Source: Anaeramoeba ignava BMAN (lineage: Eukaryota > Protista > Anaeramoebae). From it: a DNA stretch of 64,000 bases. Below are positions 22,823-36,600 of the stretch, one piece after another. The translations under genes and the position numbers were made by a program. Each line of letters starts with the position of its first letter. Position 1 is the stretch's first letter. Below the pieces are notes generated by a model. It was given only the letters and a program-made list of their open reading frames with translations, was not told the origin of the DNA and searched no databases. The DNA is taken from contig JAPDFW010000069.1 in assembly GCA_028826165.1 (NCBI GenBank), positions 186,001 through 250,000 of the forward strand, written 5' to 3'.

Positions 22823-25800
22823 TTCTGTTAAAATTGCCTTTTGGAAAAAAGAAGAGATTAAAAGAATGCATTGTAAATAAAGTAATAAATTTTGTTCACT
22901 TTGGTTTTCGTTATTCATAAACTGATCTAAAAATCTTTGTATTTTTTCTGCTATTTCAATCAGTAAATTTTCTTCTAGTTCTTGGAAACTAATCACTGAA
23001 AGAAATTCTCCAAATAAATAAATTGCATTTTTCATTTTCTCCAAGTTTTTATAAGAAGAAATTTGATCGATTAATTTCAACAAAATTTTCAGTTTCATTT
23101 TTTGAGAGAATTGAGAGTTATTCATCAACAAACCAACAGATATTTGAATCATTTCAGGTGATGAATACTCAGTGTTTTTGATTGATTCGCTTAATAAAAT
23201 ATCAATTATTTCTTGTATGAATTTTAATTTGAGTTTCTCATCAAGCATTTCAATAACATTGTTCAAACTTTTGAGCAAATTTTTGTGATTGAATAAAGAG
23301 ACAGAATTTTGATACAATATCCAAAGTAATTTTTGTACATATTCCTCTTGTTTTTGGTGTTGTTCCTCTGTGAGAATTTGAATGTGACGAAGTAAATGTG
23401 TCAAATCGAATATTAATTGAATCAACAATTTAGAAATTTTTTTGTCATTGTTGAGTTTGGATGAAATGAAAGGAAGAATATTAATAATCCAAACAAGATG
23501 AAGAAATTTCTGGTTTTTTTCATAATCTTCTGTTAATGAAGGATCAAAATATCCATTTCTTATCATTTCCCTGAGAATTTTAAGCGATGAAGTAATTGAA
23601 GTAATTGTAATATTTGAGATCAGAGTATTAATAGGCAAGTTATGATTTTGATTTTGATTTTGATTTTGATTTTCTGTATTTTGTAATATTATTTCCATTT
23701 CTCGACCAATCTTCATCACACAAAGTCCAAAAAATAAATCAAATTCTTTGTTCATTTGATCTTTGTTGATATTTTGCAATCCTAATGAAACTAAATCATC
23801 CCAAATTTCATCAAGAATATGCTCAATTTGTATTGGTTTTAAAAGCGTTTTTTGATCAGAATTTCCACTTGAGATTTGAACATAATATTTGTTAATTATC
23901 CCAAAAATTTCAGTTTGAATTGGATTCAAAATGGAATCAAAATTCTTGGTAAAAATACGGTTCAATGACTTTTGTTGTGATTGAAATGGAACAGAAATGT
24001 TTCTTAATCGCGATATTGCGCTGAGAAGAGTTATTAAAGAAATTATACCAAAACTCTCAATGCTATTTTGATTTGATTTGTATTTGTAAATATCGGAGAA
24101 TTTATCTGATAAAATGCGAGAAATTTTATCCATTTGAGAAAGTTGTTCTTGATTAAATTCTTGAATTTCTTCTTGATCTTGATCTTGGTCTTGATCTTGA
24201 TTATAAACTGATTTATACTGATCCAAAATTTTGAATTTTTGGAAAATTAATCTTGAGGTTTTTTCGTAAAATTGAATGTAATTTCGTGCTAAAATTGAGG
24301 ATAAAATGATTGTTTGAGGATAAAAGGAAATTTTGTTTTCATCTTCTTTTTTGTCTTGGAAAGCTTCTTGGAAAGAATCACTTTCTGCAATAGAAATTAA
24401 GCCAAAAGAGGAGAGATTTTTAAGCAGAGAGATGATTTGAGAGCCATAAATTTGATGGATGTGAATTCGATCGATTTTTTCATGATTCAAAGATGAAAGC
24501 AATTTAAAACAAGAATTTAAAGCGTGAATGCCGTGTTTCATGATATGCTGCGAGATTGTTGATTGGGAGGTTTGCAAAGCAATTTCCATAAACTCGTTAA
24601 GAATATTTTGCGATATTTGAACTCTATTATTAGGTGTTTCTTCAATTTGTTGGATGATCCAAACAATTATTTTCAATGCAATTCTTTTTGTTTGCCAACG
24701 AGGAGATCTAGATTTGCATAATTCTAGTGAGTTTTGGTTGTTGAATGCTGGTTGATTTTGTTTTTTTTGTGGTTCTTCTTTTGCTCTAATTGGATTTTTG
24801 GAGATTTGCTCGATATTTTCTATATCTTCTGATTCTGAATCAGATTTTTCAATATTCGATTGATCTTTTGATTTTGATTTTGATTCACTGAAAAATGTGG
24901 ATTGTAATGATAAGTTTTCATCTGAGATTTTGGAAATGATAATTTTGTTTAAGAATGGTAATAAAGAAACTTTTCCGTTGATGAAAACATCAGTATCTTT
25001 TACGATCTGTTCAATAAGTTTATAAATTTGGGAGCGATTTTCTTTTGAGAAATCAAACCCAGAATAGAAATCATAAATTTCAAAGAGAACTTCAACAAAG
25101 AAGAGAGGATGAGTTTTTTTACCGAGAAAAGCATGGAATGAATGCTTATTTTTCCTGATCAAAACCTCGCAGAGATGGATCACTTTTTCATTAATGATAG
25201 CACTTTTCCAATTTGCGATTGAGGAATTTTTATGTTTGGGTTTGAGTTGAGTTTGAGAGATTTGAGATTCTTGGGAATTGGGGAAAGATACATTGAAAAA
25301 CGAGGTGAATAAATACGTGAAGAAATCATTTGTGCAATCGGAATTATTTGAATGCAAAATCATGATTTGCAGTGCGGATAAGGCGAGTATTTGAGAATGT
25401 TGATTCCCAACACTGATCAAATATCCGCACATTGCCTTTGTCCAAATGAATAGTTTTTGCTCAGAAGCGATGAGCGGACCATATATTGTGACAAGGTATT
25501 CCATGAGCTTGCCGATGATAAGCAGCTCAATACTGCTGAATTGTTTTCTTTCATGCATAAGAACAACGTTAATGATTTCCATGAGTTTTGTGACAAAAAA
25601 TACTTCATCAGGAATAAAATCAATGTTCTGCAGGAAGACGAAAAGGGAATTCAATCCCCAGCAAATAAAAGTGTCATCGTTCCCGGAAAAAGCCTCCTTT
25701 ATATACTCAAGAATATTTGCTGTTTGCGACTCCTTTTTGTCCTGAGATGCATAGGGAAGCATAATTGGAAGAGTCGAAATGTAGCTTTTGTGGAAGTGGT

Positions 25801-28800
25801 TCAGGTTTTCTTCCTGCGATTCAAGCGAACCTTGAGTTCGCGTCTTCGCTCGCGCTTTGTTCTTACTTTTTCTTTTGATTGGATTATCTTGCTCAATTTG
25901 GATCTTTGTTTTCAGAAATTGGATCACTCCTTGGAATAAAATTTTTCCCATTGTCCGGTATAAATTCTCAATAAATTGATTTGCAATGATCCTGATCTTG
26001 TTGTTATCAACAATCACTAATTTCGACAGGATTTCTTGATAGAAATCTTGTATTTGAGGCGGATATTTGGCTTTTTTCTTGTGAAGCGTTTTCAGTTCCT
26101 CTTTCAAATTGAATAGAATGCTGACGAGAATGTTGATGATCTGTTTTTTACGTTGATCCGGTGTTCGGAAACACCGAAAAAAGCTGTGGCGATATATCTG
26201 CATGATTTGCTGCTTCATCTCATTCTCTTCAGAAGCGAATAAAGAAGCCATTTTATGTGTTGCGATTTCGAGGATATCGTCCTGATCCATATTCACGATA
26301 TTCCAAACAACGCTAATCGGTTGATTTGCAAAGTGGGTGTAATTAGTGATGATTCGCGTATAATCTGAGTCTTTGTAGAATTGATCCTCAAACAGCATTT
26401 TATGGTGATCTTCGGGAATAAACGAGTTATTTCGCTCGCTCACAATATCCGAAAGAAGAAGGTAAATCATTTCTTTACTGAATTTTTGGAAAATGTCTTT
26501 TGGAATCAACTCAAAATTTGAATACATGATTTTCTTTGTTTCCAAAAAAACTTGTTCGTTGGAAATTGGTGATTTTGATATTTCAAGAAACGGTTCAATT
26601 TCCTGAGTTTTTTTGTTCTGTTGGTCTTCTTTGGATTTGTTTTCTTTATTAGGCGATGATTTCCGTTGTTGTTGTTGTTTTGCTTGTTTTGGTTGAAAAG
26701 AGGATTGAATAATTTGATGATACAAATTCTCATTGTAACTTGCTAATGATCCAGTGTTTTTGATATCAAAACTATGTGCAAATTTAAGTAATTTGTTGAT
26801 CACAAGCAATATTGAGTTGATTAAACCAAGTTTTTGCAATTTGAAGTTTTCTGGGAGTTTTGCAATTAATGTGAGTGAGGTGCTTATCATTTTTGTGAAG
26901 GAATGGAACTCTTTTTTGATTAGCGATATCACAAAGTGATCTTCAAAAGAACCGAAATTTTGGATCTTCAGTTTCGAAGAATCATTTTTGTTTTTGATTT
27001 GTTTTCTTGCGTAGTTCCGACAACAACACTTTCTGTTTCGGTTGTTTGGATGATTGATTGAAGAATACCGTATCCAACTTTGAATCTTATGTTGATAATG
27101 CTGATTATTGAACTCAAAGGCTTTTTGCCGTTTTTTTCTTCCTGTTTTTTCATGTCTTTGTGGAAATTGATCAATTGCTTGCAATATTGGATCGTGTTGA
27201 GAATATAATTCTCAGGAATAGGGATTTTGTCGTTTGTCAAACTCGAATAAATCAAGCTCTTGAACGCCTTTGCGTATTCTTGAATTAGTTCAAGTTTGGT
27301 TGTTTTTTTGGATTGATTTTCTGTTTTGTAAATTTCTTCGAAAAGTGTTTTAATTTTCTGCATGAATTTTTCGGATAAGTCCAAAATATAAACAGGAAAA
27401 ATATCCGAAATCATTGCTAAGGATTGAATGGAAATGGTACGGATTATGGGGATTTTTGAATTTGAAATGAGATGAAACAAAATTGCCATGAATTTTTGTG
27501 CTTTTGTTTGCGTCACATCTTTGCAAATCTTGAGAATATGCTGAATACCGTGAATAGCAAAAATGGCGATAAGTGACTCGACTTGTATTTTTGAATTGAG
27601 CGATTCTTGCAAATCTTGTTGAGAACGGTTTTTCTTTGTTAAATCACTTTTAGATTTAGATTTTGATTTTGATTTTGATTTTGATTTTGATTTTGGATCT
27701 TGATTCGAATCTAAAGGTGCTTTCATACTTTGAAATATTTTTGATTCTGTTATTTGATAAGATTCCAAAATGGAAATGAATTCATCCAAAATGATAATTT
27801 GATTTCTTTCATCAAAATATGAGGATATTTTCGATAAAATAAAATCCATCCAATTCAATATTTCTTGTCTTTTCAAATTCTTTTGTAATGAAAAAACTCG
27901 CTTGAAATGGGATAAAATGGTGTGTATGTGCTTGATAACAAAAGAATGATTTACATTCAGAAAGAAAGTCTCATAAAAAACGGTTGCATTTGTGAAAATT
28001 ATTTTGGAAATTTTGTGTTGAGGAATTAAATTGGAATAATTTTTAAAAAGAATGAAATGAATAAAATCAAGCAAAGTTTGGAAAGGATCTTTGGGTTCAA
28101 TTTCCATTTGTGATTTTGATTTTTTGCTTGATTTATTATTTTGCTTTTTTTCTTTTGATGGTTTTTCGTTTTGTTTTTGTTTTTCTTTTTGCAATTTTCC
28201 TTTTGATTTTGTTGTTTTTTGAGAATAAGGAATTGGTTTTATTTTTCCTTTTTGAGAGTTTTCGAGTGTTATTTTTTCCCACCAAAAAATACAAATAAAT
28301 GCGAAATTTTGAGCAAATTGTTTTCTAACTTGGAAATTTAAATTATTTAATTCTTGGATAAAAATTCTTGAAATTTCAACAGGAAAATTTGCAAAATCCT
28401 TTATTTTTGAAATTGGAACCAAACAATCTGCGATTGTTATTTGAACTTCTTTAATAGGATCATTTTTTAAATTTTCAAGAGATTTAATAACTAATAAATT
28501 TTAAAAATTAAAAATTAAATTAAAAATTAAATTAAAAATTTAAATTAAATTAAAATAAAAATTTACTTTCATTCCAAAGTTTTGAGTTTTCAATAGAAAT
28601 TTTTGCAACATTTGTTAATAAAATTAAGGATGTTTTTCGAATATACCACTAAATTTTAAATTTAAAATTAAAATCAAAATTAAAATTAAATTAAAATAAA
28701 AATTACTTTTGGTGATTTAAAATGCTTAATAATAATTGGAAGTATTTGATTTATTGAAAGTTTGAGTTGTTTTGGAAAGAAATGAAATAATTGAGCAAAT

Positions 28801-29252
28801 AATTCAAGAATTATTCTTTTTATATTTTTTAATTAAAAAGAAATTAAAACAGTTATTTTTTTTTTGAATTTTATTTCTTGAATAAAATTATACAATCTTA
28901 ATTGGTGTTTTGATTTGATGCTTCCTTTTATTAATTGAGTTAATTCGTCAATAAAAGCAAGTATTTTTGTTGGATAATTTGAATATAAAATTATGGTTGA
29001 ATCTACAAGTAATTTACGAACTGGAGGACCAGTTTTTTGAATAAAAATGTATTGTATTAATTGTGAAATTATGTTTTGTATTTGATTGTGGTTAATTTTA
29101 TTTTTTTGAAGTTTGAGATTTTTTAATTCTTGATGAAATTCTGAAAGAAGAAGAAAAAGTGTGTTTATATTAATTTTTTTTGGGTTTTTTTGGTTTTTTT
29201 TTGATTGATTGTTTTGAATTATTTGAGTTAATTTTTGAATTATTTTATCCAT
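22259..29252 (-). CDS. HEATR5: HEATR5/Laa1/SWEETIE-like HEAT-repeat protein; frameshift near 26985-27005
   Basis: N-terminal TGPPVRKLL and internal SPRWQTKRIA resemble HEATR5 motifs; about 2200 aa, helical. In-frame introns 28816-28893, 28649-28706, 28491-28566. ORFs 26968-28422 and 22259-27184 overlap out of frame at A-runs. Confidence 0.7.
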
Positions 29253-29289
29253 TTTTGGAAAATAAAAAAATGAAAAAATGAAAAAATAT

Positions 29290-30760
29290 TTTAGAAATTA
29301 AATCTATTATTTTGGAAATCAAATCAAATTTAATATTTTAGAAATTAAATCAAATATTTTATATTTTAGAAATTAAATCAATTATTTAATATTTTGGAAA
29401 TTAAATCAATTTAATATTTTGGAAATTAAATCAATTATTTTAGAAATTAAATCAATTATTTTGGAAATTAAATCAAATATTTTGGAAATTAAATCAATTA
29501 TTTTATATTTTGGAAATTAAATCAAATATTTTGGAAATTAAATCAATTTTTTTATATTTTGGAAATTAAATCAAATATTTTATATTTTGGAAATTAAATC
29601 AATTATTTTATATTTTGAAAATTAAATCAATTTAATATTTTGGAAATTAAATCAATTATTTAATATTTTGGAAATTAAATCTATTATTTTGGAAATTAAA
29701 TCAATTTTATATTTTGGAAATTAAATCAATTATTTTTGAAATTAAATCAATTATTTTATATTTTAGAAATTAAATCAATTATTTTGGAAATTAAATCAAT
29801 TTTATATTTTGGAAATTAAATCAATTATTTTATATTTTGGAAATTAAATCAATTATTTTATATTTTGGAAATTAAATCAATTATTTTATATTTAGGAAAT
29901 TAAATCAATTTTATATTTTGGAAATTAAATCAATTATTTTTGAAATTAAATCAATTATTTTATATTTTGGAAATTAAATCAATTTTATATTTTGGAAATT
30001 AAATCAAATATTTTATATTTTGGAAATTAAATCAAATATTTTATATTTTGGAAATTAAATCAATTATTTTATATTTTAGAAATTAAATCAATTTTTTTGG
30101 AAATTAAATCAAATATTTTATATTTTGGAAATTAAATCAATTATTTTATATTTTGGAAATTAAATCAAATATTTTATATTTTGGAAATTAAATCAATTTA
30201 ATATTTTGGAAATTAAATCAATTTTATATTTTGGAAATTAAATCAATTATTTTGGAAATTAAATCAATTATTTTGGAAATTAAATCAATTTTATATTTTG
30301 GAAATTAAATCAAATATTTTATATTTTGGAAATTAAATCAATTATTTTGGAAATTAAATCAATTATTTTAGAAATTAAATCAATTTTATATTTTGGAAAT
30401 TAAATCAATTATTTTTGAAATTAAATCAATTATTTTATATTTTAGAAATTAAATCAATTTTATATTTTGGAAATTAAATCAATTTAATATTTTGGAAATC
30501 AAATCTATTATTTTGGAAATTAAATCAATTTTATATTTTGGAAATTAAATCAAATATTTTATATTTTAGAAATTAAATAAATTATTTTGGAAATTAAATC
30601 AATTATTTTGGAAATTAAATCAATTATTTAATATTTTGGAAATTAAATCAATTATTTTGGAAATTAAATCAATTTTATATTTTAGAAATTAAATCAATTT
30701 TATATTTTGGAAATTAAATCAATTATTTTATATTTTGGAAATTAAATCAATTATTTTTGA
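29290..30760. repeat. 1.5-kb minisatellite (TTTTGGAAATTAAATCAATTATTTTATA)n, units of about 20-28 bp
   Basis: Visible tandem units with a near-invariant GAAATTAAATCAA core, between divergent HEATR5 and TBC1D20. Confidence 0.95.
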
Positions 30761-31065
30761 TGTTTATGAAAATTATTTTAATTAAATTTTTAAATAATTT
30801 GTTTTAAAATAAAAGAGGGATTAAAATAATAAAAAAAAAAGATCTTTTTTTAATTTTTTTTTTTGGAAAGTTGAAATTGTTTTGATTTAAATTTTAAATT
30901 TAATTTAATTTAAATTTATATTAGATTTGTTTTAGAATTAAAAATAGAAAATTTTATTTTTTTTTTTTTTTTATTTAAAAGATCAAAAAAAATTTTTTTT
31001 TCTTTTTTTTTTTTCATTTTTTTTTGTTGTTTTTTTTAATTTTTTTTATAATAATTATAATAATA

Positions 31066-32883
31066 ATGAATTTAACTTGTGATAAAGACAAATTTTTACT
31101 AAAATTTTCAAAAATTTTTACAAATAAAACAATTAATTTAACAGAAATTCGAGAAATTGTTTCAAATGGACTTCCGAATAATAAAGTTAGACAAAAACTT
31201 TGGTCATTTATTTTAGAATTAGAAAATATAAAGTAAAATTCAACAATTAATAAACCAAAATAAACAATAACGAATAAAATTAAAATTAAAATTAAAATTA
31301 GAATTAAAATTAAAATTAAAATTAGAATTAAAATTAAAATTCAAATTAAAAATAAAAATTAAAATTAAAATTAAAATTAGAATCAAAATCAAAATCAAAA
31401 TCAAAATTAAAATTCATTTATAAAATTCATTTATAAAATTCATTTATAAAATTCATTCATAAAATTCATTCATAAAATTCCACAAAAATTCATTTATAAA
31501 ATTCCACAAAAATTCATTTATAAAATTCATTCAAAAATTCATTTATAAAATTAAAATTAAAATTAAAATTCATTTATAAAATTAAAATTCATTTATAAAA
31601 TTAAAATTAAAATTAAAATTCATTTATAAAATTAAAATTCATTTATAAAATTAAAATTCATTTATAAAATTCCATAAAATAAAAAAAAATTAAAATTAAA
31701 AAAAATTCATTCAAAAATTCATTCAAAAATTCATTCATAAAATTCATTCAAAAATTCATTCATAAAATTCATTCAAAAATTCATTCATAAATTCATTCAA
31801 AAATTCATTTATAAAATTAAAATTTAAATTTAAAGACAAACCAACGAAGAAACAGAAATTATTCACCACAAAGACACAGAACAAATCAAACAAGATGTAG
31901 ATCGATGCTACTGGAAAGAATCATTAAAATGGAGCGAAAGTAAAAAAGAAGAAGAACGAGAAAACCTCGAGAAGATGGTGAATCAAATCATGATCAAAAA
32001 CGGAGATCTATATTACTATCAAGGATTCCACGAGATCTGCAGCATAATTCAAGTAGTATACGGATCCAAAAAAGGGAAATTAGTAAGCGAACAAATCGCA
32101 CTTCATTACATTCGGGACAACATGAACAAGAACTTCAAAGTTGTATTAAAATATTTGCATTTAATATTTCAGTTAATCAAACACGTTGACGAAGAACTGT
32201 ATGAATTTCTTAACGAGGCATCAATGGATCCCTGCTTTGCAACAAGTTGGGTTCTCACATGGTTTGCCCATGTTGTTCCTGATATCGATACTGTTCTTAG
32301 ACTCTTTGATTTCTTTATCGCAGAAGGCCCATTTATGCCTTACTATTTTTCTGCTGCTTTGGTTCTTTATAATAATAACTTGATTCTTAATAAATGTCCC
32401 CCTATTATGTCAGAAGTCTTTAAATTTCTTCAATCTCTTGTTTTTAATATGAACGTTGAAGACGTTATTCTTATTTCTCAGAAATTGTTCAAGTTGTTTC
32501 CTCCAATTCTTCTTCTTAATGAACTCGACGCGAAAATTTCTCAAGATTTCCATTTTCTTAACTTTTCTTTGTTCGATTCGCAAAGAACTTTCCAAAATTC
32601 TGTTCAATTCCAAAATGATTTTCTTGCTAATCTTCCAAATGCTAAAAATTCTTCTTTTCCTTCTATTATTATTCAATCCAAAAATCAAAATAATAATTCT
32701 CTTTTTAAATCTTTCAAAAACAGAGAACTTCAACTTCATAAACTTATTTCTTCTAAATTTGAAAAAGACAATCCACTTAGAATTTTAATTTCAAATAGAA
32801 ACGCAACTTCCTTTTTTTATAAATTAATCCGCATTTTCATTGCAATTATTGTTCTTTTTTTTGCAATGACAATTTTCGTTTAA
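31066..32883 (+). CDS. TBC1D20: TBC1D20/Gyp8-like Rab GAP with C-terminal transmembrane helix
   Basis: Exon 31066-31232 (GLPNNKVRQKLW), repeat-filled intron 31233-31835, exon 31836-32883 with R-finger QIKQDVDRC, Q-finger YYYQGFHEI, FATSWVLTWFAH and RLFDFFIA; hydrophobic tail. Confidence 0.9.
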
Positions 32884-32983
32884 AATTTTTCTTTTTATTT
32901 TTCTTTTGAAAATAGATTTTTTTGAAATTAAATTTTGTTTTTAAAAAATTCATTTTTTTCTTTTCTTTTCTTTTCTTTTTAAA

Positions 32984-33392
32984 ATGCTTTTTTTTAATTT
33001 TTTTTCTACATTTAAATTTCTTGTTCGAATAAGCCTTTTATTTTTAAATTCTGTGTTAATTTTAAATGAAAGAAGATTTCTTGCAAAATGTATATTTAAA
33101 ATAATATTTAAAAAAACAAAAAAATATTTAAAATGTTTAAAATGATATTTTTAAAAATTTTAGATGATTTTTTACAACCAAACATTTATAATGGAACAAT
33201 TAAAAATAATTTGATAAATTTTCTTAATGGAATTCGTTATTTAAGATGTAGAAAATTTTAATTTAAAATTTAAATGAAAAAATTTATTTTTAATTTTAAA
33301 AAATTATTTTAAATTAAATTAAATTAAAAAAATTAGTACCTGTTGCGTTTATAAATATTTTATGGATTATTTATGAATTATTATTTGGTTAA
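32984..33392 (+). CDS. YOS1: Yos1/IER3IP1 small ER-Golgi membrane protein (81 aa, 3 exons)
   Basis: Exons 32984-33089, 33164-33247, 33337-33392 with GT-AG introns give MLFFNFFSTFKFLVRISLLFLNSVLILNERRFLAKYDFLQPNIYNGTIKNNLINFLNGIRYLRLPVAFINILWIIYELLFG*, matching the Yos1 pattern N..xL.E.RFL / IK..L.N...R / P....N...LLFG. Confidence 0.9.
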
Positions 33393-33635
33393 GTTTTTAT
33401 AAAAAAATTATTTAGTTTGAAATTTTCTTTTTTAAAAATAAAAATAATAAAATAAAAAATAATAAAAGAAAAAAGAAAGAAATTTTATTTTCTTTGTATT
33501 ATTATTTTTGATTTGAGGAATGAATTGAGATTTGTTCCACTTTTTTTTCTTTTTTTTTAAAAAATTTGAATTAGCAAAAAAAAAAGAAGAAAAAAAAAAT
33601 ATAAGAAGAAGTGAAAAAAAAAGGGAACAAAACAA

Positions 33636-36600
33636 TTAGAAATGAGTAAGTTTTGTTTCAGAATCCTTATTTTTACGCCATTCTGATAGAGCAGCAGTTT
33701 CCAAATCTTGAGCAGTTAAAAGATGATTTTCTTTATCACGCAAAATCATTCTTGAAAGAGCAAGAAGAACAGCGTTACGAATAGCAGCAGGAGAAAGAGG
33801 GTAACGAGAAGCGATAAGAGAGAGATCAGCTTCTTTTTGGATAGTGATGCTATCTGGGATGAAGAATCTCCAGAGCTTGAGTCTGAGTGTTTCTTCTGGC
33901 ATTGGGAAATCAATTGAATAATTCATTCTTCGAAGAAATGCTGAATCGATTAAATCGGGTGAATTTGTGCATAAAATCACGATTCCTTTGAATCGTTCCA
34001 TGTGATAAAGTAATAGGCTTGTGTCAATGTTTGCGTAACGATCTGTTGATGTTGTTGTGTCTGATACTCGATGTGAAAATAATCCTTCTGCTTCGTCGAA
34101 TACTAAAAGGTGATCGTTTTGTGCTGCTTCTGTGAATAGTGTGTCAATTTGTTTTGGTGTTTCTCCAACGTATTTTGAGAGTAGTTGTGCTGCGTTTACA
34201 ACTTTCATTGATTTTCCTGTTTCGAGAGCTATTGCTTCAGCAGCGAGTGTTTTTCCTTTTATATTTTTATTTTATTTGAATTGATTTAATTTTAATATTT
34301 AATTTAATTTTAATATTTGATTTAATTTAATTTATTTAAATTGATTTAATTTAATTTAATTTGAATTGATTTAATTTAATATTTAATATTTTATTTGAAT
34401 TGATTTAATTTTAATATTTAATTTTAATTGATTTAATTTTTATATTTAATTTGAATTGAATTGATTTTATTTAATATTTTATTTGAATTGATTTAATATT
34501 TAATTTATTTAATTTAATTTTAATATTTGATTTGAATTGATTTAATTTAATTTTAATATTTGATTTGAATTGATTTAATTTGATTTTATTTAATATTTTA
34601 TTTGAATTGATTTTAATTTTAATATTTTATTTAAATTGATTTAATATTTTATTTAAATTGATTTAAATTGATTTAAATTGATTTAATTTTTAAAATTTTT
34701 TTTAATATTTGATTCGAATACCAGTCCCAGGTGGCCCAGAAAATAAAACAGTTGCAGCATTGGAATAACCCATCTTATCATCAAAACCCCAATTAAACAA
34801 AATCTTCCTTGCCTTTTCAGAATTAATAATCTCCTTAATATCCTCAAGAGTAGAATCAGGAAGAATCAAGAAATCAATACCTCTTTTAGGAACAATATGG
34901 TGCTTAGCTTGTCTCATAGCAAGAAAACCTCTGAGCTGTTGTTTAGCACCTTGTTCAAAATCATCATGAGTAACAACAAGATTTTCAAGATCGCCATTGT
35001 ATCTAGAAACAGCAAGACTAAGACTAGTAAGAATTGAATTTTTGATGAATCCGCCAGTAAGCTCGTATTTTCTTGCGAGCTCTGGGATATTGACATCATC
35101 TGCCAAACGCAGGGATCGAGAAATATGAGTTTTCCAAATATCTTCTCTTGTGTGAGCATCAGGTCGTTTGAATTCGATCGAAAGTGTAACTCTGCGCTGC
35201 ATGCCTTCATCCAAATCGAAGGGGCGATTCGTGGCCAAAATAATGATACCATCATGTCTGTCAATCTCGGTTAGCAGCAGATTGACGTCGTATTGACCTT
35301 TTTCTCGAGTTTCAAAAAGTGATTCGCATTCATCAAAGAACAAAATTGATTGATGTATCTTTGCTTCCTTAAACAGCAAGCGGATAGTCTCATCCTGCGT
35401 GAATTTGCCGAGCTTGGGAAAGTTGACGAGAATGATTTTCTTGTTGAGCTCGTTTCCCAATGCATTGGCCATCATTGTTTTTCCGGTTCCTGAAGGTCCG
35501 AAAAAGAGCATTGTGATTCCTGCATGGGTGTCGCTCATTCCCTTGTCGAGCCTGAGTCTCTTGCGGTACTTCTGGAAATTGGAGAAGTTGGAGACGGTGT
35601 CGACGATCAGTTTCTTCTGCTGTTCGGGAAGAATCACGTTCTTCAGTTTGACACGGGATGTGTACATGTGAGAACCCTCAACAACCTCCTCCATTTCGTT
35701 ATCTAATCCCACAATAAAATCAAGTATCTTTTGGTTCACCATCAGGAACAGCAAGTTTGTGTCGCAGCTCTGACGGACGCCGAACGTGCGGATGATGCCC
35801 TCAGAAACAAGCTTGGAGTTCTTGTAGAAACACTTTCTTTTTTGGATCTGATCATCAAGTGTTTCACAAAAACAAGTGAGAATTTTTCCGATCCGAATTC
35901 CTTGCTTGATCAACCCCTTTCGGATCTTTTCTGCCCGCTCAATGTAGTACTTCGGGTTCTCCTTGTACCGCCGCTCGTGATCTCCGTCTTCAATGTACTC
36001 TTTATAATATCCCATGTGCTCAAATATTTCCGATCCGATCAGAAATAGAACCGTTCTTTTCTCAAACTCAGAAAGCTTCCTCACCTTCGCAAGTCTCTCC
36101 ATCCGCGGCATAAACTTCTTCTCTTCGAGCGTCATCTTCAACCGCTTCTCAAATGTTAACCGACTTTTTTTTTCCTCAATTCGGAACTTTCGCAACATTG
36201 TGTCGTTGTACATGTTCTCCGTGTATACCTTCCGATACGACAGTTCCGTCTGCAGCTGGAACTTCGCCGTCGCCCACATGAAGAAATCCTTCAGATAGTC
36301 CATGTTGTTTTCATATGCCACTAACTTTGTTTCTGTGCTGTCATCGTCCTCCATTTCCTTTTCGTCGTCCTCTTTCCGCTCTCTTATATCTCCAATCCCA
36401 AACGCTTCGTCTTGATCCTCCGCATCCATATCGATCCCCTCAATTCCTCCGTTGTATTCTTCTGCAAGATCTTGTGCTTCATGTCCCATCTTCATCATCT
36501 GTGCAAAATGTTTGTGAAGATCCTGATTTTGCATTTTTGGATCGTTTCCGTTCATTTTTTTTTCCTTCATTTTTTCCTCGAACATTTTGTTCTTCTCAAC

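Noticed and set aside
19575-27184. Programmed frameshifting or pseudogenisation of Rrp6 and HEATR5
   Set aside because: Breaks fall in homopolymers or microsatellites and are common window-wide, so consensus error is simpler; no stimulatory structure is evident.
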